Assembly (NCBI GenBank): GCA_965603355.1
Contig: CBFDCQ010000008.1
Coordinates: 5,441 to 69,440 of the forward strand
From: an uncultured bacterium
Lineage (GTDB): Bacteria > Hydrogenedentota > CAZGCA01 > CBFDCQ01
DNA length: 64,000 nt
Direction of reading: 5' to 3'
Position 1 is the stretch's first letter; each line of letters opens with the position of its first letter. A program made the translations under genes and the position numbers. Below are positions 57,557 through 64,000 of this stretch, piece after piece. Under the pieces are notes generated by a model. It saw only the letters and a program-made list of their open reading frames with translations. It was not told the DNA's origin and did not search any database.

Positions 57557-57616
57557 TTGACATGAGACGCGAATCAGGACTATAATGGCCGGATGGCCCG
57601 CGTCACGTAGGCGGGC
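57557..57616 (+). promoter_or_regulatory. near-consensus sigma70 promoter TTGACA-N18-TATAAT followed by the palindrome gcccgc-gtcacgtag-gcgggc, upstream of uvrA
   Basis: -35 at 57557-57562, -10 TATAAT at 57581-57586. The inverted repeat at 57596-57616 lies just downstream of the -10, so it is a candidate operator. Confidence 0.5.
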
Positions 57617-57736
57617 ATGGATCAGACGTCCAGTAGCATGAGTATGGAGCAGGATTCGTGGTGACAGGGAGTGTGGGGCGAGTTGTCGCAGGCCTGACCC
57701 TGCTATCATCGATGGCGTCCTGCCGGAGCTTTTGCA

Positions 57737-60565
57737 GTGTGCACGGAAACCAAGGAATCACTCCGGAGCGGTGACTCAGCCAGGAATATCTGCCTGGCAG
57801 GGGTGCGCGTACACAACCTGAAGAACCTCGATGTTGAGATACCGCGCAACCGTCTTGTAGCCGTTACCGGGGTGAGCGGTGCGGGCAAATCGAGCCTCGT
57901 GATTGACACAATCTGCGCGGAGGGTCAACGTCGCTACCTTGAATCGCTCGATCCGTATTCGAGACAGTTCGTCGGCAGGATGAGCAGTCCGGACGTGGAC
58001 TTCGCCGTAGGAATCCCACCGACGATTAGTCCCAAAAAGGTTGCGCTTTCGCACAAATGGCGCTCAACCGTGGGGACTGCCACGGAGATCTACAACTACT
58101 TGCGTCTACTTTTCGCCAAAATCGGCGTAGTGCATTGTTACCGGTGCGGGCGCGAGATGGAGAGCACGAGTGCCGAGCAGGTAGCCGACGAGCTTGAAAA
58201 GGCACACGGCGGTGACCTGGTTTTCATAACATTCGGGGTGAACGGGTCGCCATCGGGCAAGCTGATGGAGCGGCTGGTGCGCGACGGGTATACGCGCGCG
58301 ATTGTGGGGGACTCGGTTCAGCAGATAGACGAGCTTCGCGGCCGGAGGAACAAGAAGCGCGCCGAGGTACACGTGGTCGTTGACCGCGTCACTCCGGGTC
58401 GGTGCGGGCGAAGACGCCTTGTTGACTCGCTCGAGACTGCCTACCGTGAGGGCTCGGGCGAGTTGAGGGTACATGTTGCGGAAGCTGACGTGCTGCGCTA
58501 CAGCGCGCGTCCCGACTGTCCTTACTGCGGGACAGAACCTGTCAGTCTGAGCCCGGCTCTTTTCTCGTTCAACAGCGCGGCGGGGACATGTGCTCAGTGC
58601 CGCGGCTCCGGAATGGTGGCGGAGGTGGACCTGCAGGCGGTCATCCCGGATGAGGCCAGAAGTATCGAGGATGGAGCTATTGCACCGTGGAGGCATCAGC
58701 AGCATCGTTGGCCATTGAACGAGCTGAGGATCATAGCGCACAAGTACGGCCTGTCTCTGCGCGTCCCCTTTGAACAACTCAGCCGTAAGAACAGAAGACT
58801 TGTGCTTGAGGGTGAGACGTACTTCCCCGGCGTCTACAGATTCTTCGAGATGCTTGAACAGAAGAGGCACAAGCCGGGTGTGGCGGAGTACCTGGACGTG
58901 TATCGTAAGAGCGTTGAGTGTCCGGAGTGCGCGGGAAACAGGCTGAACCCGCAGGCGGCCAGCGTGCACGTTAACGGATTCAACATTGCAGAGCTCTGCA
59001 ATTCACCCTTGTCCGGTTTGAAGAAACGTCTGGCGGGACTCAGGTTGGACGGTTGGCAGAGAAAGGTAGCTGGTGGGTCAATTGAGCAGATCGTGAGGCG
59101 CGTTGATTGTCTCACAAAAATGGGGCTCGGCTACCTGACGTTGGACAGGAACTTCGCGAGTCTTTCCGAAGGAGAGGTTCGACGGGTGAATCTCGCGGGT
59201 TTCCTTTCAGCTGACCTCAGCGGCAGCCTGTATGCGCTGGACGAACCGACGGTAGGTCTTCATCCGTGTGACCGCGAGCGTTTGTTCGAGGCGCTCGAGG
59301 CGCTCAAAGAGCGCGGTAACACGGTTATCGTCATAGAGCATGACAGGCATATCCTCGAAAGGGCAGACCAGGTCCTCGAGCTGGGACCCGGAGCTGGACG
59401 AGCCGGCGGGGAGATTGTGTTTCAGGGAACCTACGATCGGATCCTCTCCTGCGGTAAGTCCCTTACAGGAAGATACTTATCAGGGCACTCGACGGCGCTA
59501 ACTCATGAAAGACGCGTAGCTAGCGGGCATCTGAAGGTCATCGGGGCGCACAAGCACAATCTTCGTGATATCAATCTGAAAATCCCCCTGGGAGTGTTGG
59601 TGTGTATCACGGGCGTGTCAGGTTCCGGTAAGAGCGTGTTGTTGCGGGACGTGATCTATGCCGCTCTTGCGGGTGAGAATGACGCGTTGCCTCGGGGGGG
59701 TAACGGGTATGTCGCGCTGGAGGGAGCCGAGCAAATAGAACGAGCAATGTTCGCGGACCACAGTTCCATAGGCCGCTCACCGAGATCGGTACCGCTGTCT
59801 TACATTGGAGTCTACGCTAAAGTACGCGCGCTTTTCGCCGGTGTTCGCGTGGCGCGGGTTAAGGGTTACCGGAGCAACCGTTTTTCTTTCAATGCGAAGG
59901 GAGGGCGTTGTTCCGGTTGTAAAGGTCTGGGCTACATCGAAGTGGCGATGAACCTGGTGCCTAACGTCCGTGCGAAGTGTTCTGCGTGTGAGGGCAAGAG
60001 GTTCAAGGACGAGATACTGCAGGTGCGCTTCCGGGGCAAGAACATTGCCGACGTGTTGGATATGACTGCGGAGGAGGCGGTGACGTTTTTTTGCGATTCG
60101 CCCGATATAGAGAGCGGACTCAGGGCGCTTGACGAGGTCGGTCTGGGATACTTGCAGCTCGGTCAGCCGCTGGCGAGCCTTTCGCGTGGCGAGGCTCAGC
60201 GGCTCAAACTGGCCTCTTCCATCTTACGAGGCGCTGGAGGCGATGCTCTGTTCTTGTTCGACGAACCCACGGCGGGGCTCCACTTTGAGGATGTGAGGAA
60301 GCTGACCGAGTGTTTCGATACGCTTCTGGAGAAGGGCAACTCAGTTATCGTAGCAGAACACAACATGGAACTGGTCAGGCAGGCCGATTACGTAGTGGAT
60401 CTGGGTCCGGGAGCCGGTCTGAGGGGCGGTAGAGTTGTTGCAAGAGGAACGCCGCAGCATGTTGCTCGATGCAAGTCCTCGAAAACGGGGAAGGCTCTCG
60501 AGGAGTACATAAGGTGTGCGGGACAACCAGCAGGTGGGGAGGTACGCGCTCTCGCAGGAGCGTGA
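57737..60565 (+). CDS. uvrA: excinuclease ABC subunit A (UvrA family; exact N-terminal start uncertain)
   Basis: [48 protein letters not shown] matches the UvrA N-terminus. Zinc modules (CxxC pairs). Second ABC module with [15 protein letters not shown] and DEPT motifs. Confidence 0.8.
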   Translation: MCTETKESLRSGDSARNICLAGVRVHNLKNLDVEIPRNRLVAVTGVSGAGKSSLVIDTICAEGQRRYLESLDPYSRQFVGRMSSPDVDFAVGIPPTISPKKVALSHKWRSTVGTATEIYNYLRLLFAKIGVVHCYRCGREMESTSAEQVADELEKAHGGDLVFITFGVNGSPSGKLMERLVRDGYTRAIVGDSVQQIDELRGRRNKKRAEVHVVVDRVTPGRCGRRRLVDSLETAYREGSGELRVHVAEADVLRYSARPDCPYCGTEPVSLSPALFSFNSAAGTCAQCRGSGMVAEVDLQAVIPDEARSIEDGAIAPWRHQQHRWPLNELRIIAHKYGLSLRVPFEQLSRKNRRLVLEGETYFPGVYRFFEMLEQKRHKPGVAEYLDVYRKSVECPECAGNRLNPQAASVHVNGFNIAELCNSPLSGLKKRLAGLRLDGWQRKVAGGSIEQIVRRVDCLTKMGLGYLTLDRNFASLSEGEVRRVNLAGFLSADLSGSLYALDEPTVGLHPCDRERLFEALEALKERGNTVIVIEHDRHILERADQVLELGPGAGRAGGEIVFQGTYDRILSCGKSLTGRYLSGHSTALTHERRVASGHLKVIGAHKHNLRDINLKIPLGVLVCITGVSGSGKSVLLRDVIYAALAGENDALPRGGNGYVALEGAEQIERAMFADHSSIGRSPRSVPLSYIGVYAKVRALFAGVRVARVKGYRSNRFSFNAKGGRCSGCKGLGYIEVAMNLVPNVRAKCSACEGKRFKDEILQVRFRGKNIADVLDMTAEEAVTFFCDSPDIESGLRALDEVGLGYLQLGQPLASLSRGEAQRLKLASSILRGAGGDALFLFDEPTAGLHFEDVRKLTECFDTLLEKGNSVIVAEHNMELVRQADYVVDLGPGAGLRGGRVVARGTPQHVARCKSSKTGKALEEYIRCAGQPAGGEVRALAGA

Positions 60566-60570
60566 ACGCT

Positions 60571-63183
60571 ATGGGCACCGCGATTAAGAAAAACGAACAC
60601 GCCGGGGACCAAAGCTCTCGGGACCCGAATGTCGGCACGTCATCGGCATCATCTCTCATAAGCGACACCGCCCGCGAGACTATTCGGGCGGAAATCGACA
60701 CTGTGGGTGGAAACGAGGTCTTCTTCATAGGCAGAACCGACGAGCGCGGCCTTGTGACCGATATTGCGGTGCACGCCAGGGGCAATGATGAGGCGGTGTC
60801 GGCTTTTATCGGCTCAGCGTCGGCGGGCGACGTGGTGATCCATAACCATCCATCCGGTCCACTCACTCCGTCCGACGCGGACATTGGTTTCTCGAGCACA
60901 TTCGGCGACATGAGCGTTGGCTCGTACATCGTGGACAATATGGTACGAAAGGTGTACGTGGTCGTGCCGGTTTTTGAGAGGATCGAAACGAAGAAGATTG
61001 CCCCCGAACAGGCAACCGCGATTGTGAGACCCGGTGGGGCGATCGAGAGGGATTTGGCGTCATACGAGTTCAGGAGTCAGCAGGTTGAAATGATGGAGGA
61101 GGTCATAGGAGCGTTTGACGAGGACAGGATAGCCCTTATCGAGGCCGCAACAGGTACGGGTAAGACGGTCGCCTACCTGATTCCCGCCATATTGTGGGCG
61201 ACAGCCAACGGCGAACGGGTAGTCGTATCGACGAACACGATCAATCTTCAGGAGCAGCTCATACACAAAGACATACCGATGCTGAGACGCGCCCTCGGAA
61301 TCGGATTTGAGGCGATCCTGATGAAAGGAAGAGGCAACTACGTCTGCTTGAGAAAACTTGAGAAGGTGGCCTCGGACATCGAGCTTTTTTCCACGAGCGA
61401 CGACAGGAAGATGCTCGCGGATATCATAGCGTGGGCGCGAAAATCCAGGGACGGAGACAGGTCACAGCTCAGTTTCGTGCCGCCTGAGCATCTGTGGGAG
61501 AAGGTCTGTTCTGAAGCCGATTTTTGTTTGCGGGCGAAATGCTCTCACTTCAAGGACTGTTTTGTCAATCGTGCTCGTCGAGAGGCATCGCAATCGGACA
61601 TCATTGTAGCGAACCACCATCTTCTGTTCGCGGATATCTCGTTGAGGAGACAGACGGGCAGCTACTCTGATCTCGCGGTACTTCCGTCGTACCGGAGGCT
61701 CGTGATTGACGAGGCTCACAACGTCGAGAACGTGGCGACGTCGTACCTCGGCGAGCGGATCACGCGGGCCGGTCTCGCCAGGATAATAGGGAGGCTGCAT
61801 CGTTACGAGCGGGTGAAACGCTCTGCGGTTGAGAAGGGTATTGTTCCTTTCCTGCGCGCTAAGATCGGGCGCGCGCGCGGCGCCTTCACGGACAAGCAAG
61901 GCGAGAGACTGCTCTCTGTGATTGACGGTACGATAGTACCGTTGCTGGAAGGGCTGTTGCAGCTTGTTGATGTTGCGTTTGAAGCTGTTTTTGAATTTGT
62001 TCAAGGGTTTTCGCAGGAGACCGGCCTGGAGAAGAAGCTGAGAATCACCGATGAGGTGCGCACGGGCGACGGGATGCGCAACGTTTACTCGGAACGCGTG
62101 GAACCTCTCGTTGCGGAGCTCACGGCGGCGGCGGGAAAGCTTGGTGCTGCAGCGGTCGCGCTGTCCAAAGCCAAGAGCAAGGACGAGAAGGCTGATTTCA
62201 CGCTGGACCAGGCGGAGCTGAACGCATACGCGATTAAGTTCAGGACGATAGCGGCTTTCATCGCGCAGATATTCAATGAAACCGGTCATGAGGACACGAT
62301 TCAGTGGATTGAGACGAAAGATGCGGGAAGGCGCGTGGTCAGAGTCTGTTCGGCGCCGCTCGACGTATCGTCGGCGCTGGTGGAGACGGTATATCCGAAC
62401 ATCAGGACCATCGTGATGACCTCAGCCACTCTGTCCGTGGGGGGCAGGCTTGATTTCCTGAAGCGCCGGCTCGGACTCGACTGCGTGGAGCAGGGTCGGG
62501 TAAGCGAGCGAATCCTGCCGTCTCCCTTTGACTTTGACAAACAGGCGGTGATAGGTGTCCCGCTGGATATTGCGGACCCGTCGTCGCCACAGTATATCGA
62601 TCAGGCTGCGGAGATGATCATGGAATGCCTGCGAATCACTCGCGGCAAGGCGTTTGTGCTATTCACCTCGTTCGGCGCACTGAACTACGTTGCCAAGAAG
62701 CTCCGCGAGCCCTTGAAGGAGGAGGGAATAACATCGCTGAGACAGGGTATGGCTCCGCGACACAAGCTGCTCGAGATGTTCAAGAAAGATGTGCACTCCG
62801 TATTGTTCGCGACAGACAGTTTCTGGGAAGGTGTTGACGTCGCCGGTGAAGCGCTCGAGTGCGTGATTTTGGCGAAACTCCCTTTCCGGGTGCCGACGGA
62901 ACCCGTTCTCGAGGCGCGCGCTGAGAAGATCGAGAAAGACGGCGGCAACTCGTTTGTGGAGTACACGGTGCCGCAGGCTGTGATAAGATTCCGGCAGGGA
63001 TTTGGCAGACTGATCCGCAGGCGGAGCGATCGCGGCGCTATAATCATACTTGATAACAGGGTACTGACCCGCTCTTACGGAAGTGTCTTTCTGCGGTCGC
63101 TTCCAGACGCGCGGCTGATGTGCACAAAACGGGAGGAAGTGCTCGCGGCCGTTCGCGAGTTCTTTGAGGGCAACCTTCGCTGA
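60571..63183 (+). CDS. fusion protein: N-terminal RadC-like JAB/MPN domain plus DinG/Rad3-family ATP-dependent helicase
   Basis: JAMM/RadC motif [21 protein letters not shown] with upstream Glu. Helicase Walker [12 protein letters not shown] box [11 protein letters not shown]-terminal helicase_C_2 (..[12 protein letters not shown]..). ATG 5 bp after the uvrA stop, with an AGGAG RBS. Confidence 0.75.
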   Translation: MGTAIKKNEHAGDQSSRDPNVGTSSASSLISDTARETIRAEIDTVGGNEVFFIGRTDERGLVTDIAVHARGNDEAVSAFIGSASAGDVVIHNHPSGPLTPSDADIGFSSTFGDMSVGSYIVDNMVRKVYVVVPVFERIETKKIAPEQATAIVRPGGAIERDLASYEFRSQQVEMMEEVIGAFDEDRIALIEAATGTGKTVAYLIPAILWATANGERVVVSTNTINLQEQLIHKDIPMLRRALGIGFEAILMKGRGNYVCLRKLEKVASDIELFSTSDDRKMLADIIAWARKSRDGDRSQLSFVPPEHLWEKVCSEADFCLRAKCSHFKDCFVNRARREASQSDIIVANHHLLFADISLRRQTGSYSDLAVLPSYRRLVIDEAHNVENVATSYLGERITRAGLARIIGRLHRYERVKRSAVEKGIVPFLRAKIGRARGAFTDKQGERLLSVIDGTIVPLLEGLLQLVDVAFEAVFEFVQGFSQETGLEKKLRITDEVRTGDGMRNVYSERVEPLVAELTAAAGKLGAAAVALSKAKSKDEKADFTLDQAELNAYAIKFRTIAAFIAQIFNETGHEDTIQWIETKDAGRRVVRVCSAPLDVSSALVETVYPNIRTIVMTSATLSVGGRLDFLKRRLGLDCVEQGRVSERILPSPFDFDKQAVIGVPLDIADPSSPQYIDQAAEMIMECLRITRGKAFVLFTSFGALNYVAKKLREPLKEEGITSLRQGMAPRHKLLEMFKKDVHSVLFATDSFWEGVDVAGEALECVILAKLPFRVPTEPVLEARAEKIEKDGGNSFVEYTVPQAVIRFRQGFGRLIRRRSDRGAIIILDNRVLTRSYGSVFLRSLPDARLMCTKREEVLAAVREFFEGNLR

Positions 63184-63330
63184 ATGGGCGGGTGATTTGC
63201 CGCGGTTGTATGTGGACGGGTCACATGATAGAATTGTCAGGTGTGGTGCGGCAGGCAACTAGAGGCCAGGCTGAGCCATGTCAGCTCGTCTCTGGATGCA
63301 GCCAGGACGGGGCTAACGGGGAAGATCCAG

Positions 63331-63864
63331 ATGGTGCCTGTAGATCAGGACGATAAACCAGGTAAAAATGAAGGCGCCGGTGAGGAAGCGGCCGCGACCA
63401 TCAAGCTATCGTCGATTCTTGAAGAGGGGTTGATCCTGTGCGGGATGAGAGCCCGGGGCAAGCGCGAGGCGGTCGAGGAGCTGGCCTCATTCGTCGCGCA
63501 GAAAAGGCCCGGGGTGAGCAAAGACGCGATAGCGGAGTCAGTGCTTGCCCGTGAGCGTGTGTGCACTACGGCAATAGGCAGAAGGTCCGCGTTCCCGCAC
63601 GGCGAGGTGGCTGGTCTCGGGAAGATGATTGTCGCCGTTGGGTTGTCCGAGGCGGGCGTGGATTTTGATGCTATTGACGATTTGCCGGTTAACTTCATCG
63701 TGCTCATCGTGACATCGGAGACGGCAGCCGGTGAATACCTGGGAACGCTTGCGGCGTTTGCTTCGCTGAGTCGCGACCTGGATAAGATGGCGGTCCTGCT
63801 GCGTGCAACCTCGCCCGTCGACGTTCTGAGAACTATCGAGGGCTTCGATATAGAAATAGTGTAG
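63331..63864 (+). CDS. PTS EIIA type-2 domain protein (PtsN / nitrogen-regulatory IIA-like)
   Basis: ERERVCTTAIGRRSAFPHG matches the PTS-EIIA-2 phosphorylation-site region (RE...STG.G.G.A.PH). Start placed at MVPVDQ; the longer ORF begins at 63241. Confidence 0.6.
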   Translation: MVPVDQDDKPGKNEGAGEEAAATIKLSSILEEGLILCGMRARGKREAVEELASFVAQKRPGVSKDAIAESVLARERVCTTAIGRRSAFPHGEVAGLGKMIVAVGLSEAGVDFDAIDDLPVNFIVLIVTSETAAGEYLGTLAAFASLSRDLDKMAVLLRATSPVDVLRTIEGFDIEIV

Positions 63865-63899
63865 AAATCGCGAGTTTAGCTTGCCTCTGCAACATCGAC

Positions 63900-63929
63900 T
63901 TGACAAATCCGCGTCCGTTCGGATAGACT
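63900..63929 (+). promoter_or_regulatory. possible promoter for the tRNA gene: -35 TTGACA (63900-63905) with a weak -10
   Basis: The extended -35 context cTTGACAAATCC is almost identical to that upstream of the gntR operon (12049-12060). Confidence 0.3.
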
Positions 63930-63963
63930 CCAATCAAAGAAAATTGTGCCGGAACCGAAGGGT

Positions 63964-64000
63964 GGGGACGTAGCTCAGTTAGGGAGAGCGCTTGTCTGGC
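63964..64000 (+). tRNA. 5' portion of a tRNA gene (truncated by the window end); anticodon read as GGC, so probably tRNA-Ala
   Basis: ggggacg acceptor arm, TA, D-stem gctc/gagc with D-loop agttaggga, anticodon stem cttgt, U33, then GGC at positions 34-36. G3 is consistent with Ala identity. Confidence 0.6.

Overview
High-GC (about 60%) bacterial chromosomal segment, densely coded on both strands, with no obvious prophage, CRISPR array or rRNA. From the sequence and the six-frame translations I can support about 55 protein-coding genes. Left to right: a partial GH78 alpha-L-rhamnosidase and a GH127 beta-L-arabinofuranosidase in tandem. Then a lower-GC islet with a TM hypothetical and a GIY-YIG nuclease gene flanked by perfect 27-bp inverted repeats. 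A minus-strand housekeeping run follows: mtnA, a Xer-type recombinase, galT, parvulin PPIase, a GspF/PilC-like protein and MscS. Then a GntR(YtrA-like)-ABC ATPase-permease operon with a palindromic operator, a DUF1015 gene, hflX and a NUDIX hydrolase. A long minus-strand block follows: a MOSC/5-formyl-THF cyclo-ligase fusion, a DtxR-FeoA regulator, a tetraheme cytochrome c with a degenerate phosphoesterase-like N-domain, a DUF1573 protein, two Hanks Ser/Thr kinases with zinc ribbons, a small unknown protein, an FHA-GAF-class III nucleotidyl cyclase, hom, two class I aminotransferases, a stand-alone E2-type lipoyl-domain protein and lipA. Then a fadN-fadA-(membrane)-fadD beta-oxidation operon, an NfeD(long)-hyp-NfeD(short)-FloA flotillin operon ending in a clean rho-independent terminator, and a MarR gene followed by envelope proteins including a 547-aa W/P/L-rich repeat lipoprotein and a DUF2157 protein. 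A GT2-TPR glycosyltransferase and a 589-aa unknown come next, then an amidohydrolase, dtd, a penicillin-acylase-family Ntn hydrolase, uvrA tightly coupled to a RadC-like JAB/DinG helicase fusion, a PTS EIIA(Ntr)-like gene and the 5' part of a tRNA (probably Ala-GGC). The most unusual items are: (i) a family of short GTCATTC-N12/13-GAATC hairpin elements, seen as an inverted pair around the GIY-YIG gene, a solo copy at about 11.9 kb, and degenerate tandem copies at 42.6 kb, suggesting a REP/RAYT-like nuclease-repeat association; (ii) the RadC(JAB)-DinG fusion next to uvrA; (iii) the W/P/L-repeat lipoprotein cluster; (iv) the kinase-FHA-GAF-cyclase signalling module; (v) a cluster of five perfect GC hairpins between convergent genes; (vi) two long noncoding gaps (about 490 and 650 bp). 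Many long ORFs in the track are antisense shadows of real genes and were rejected.
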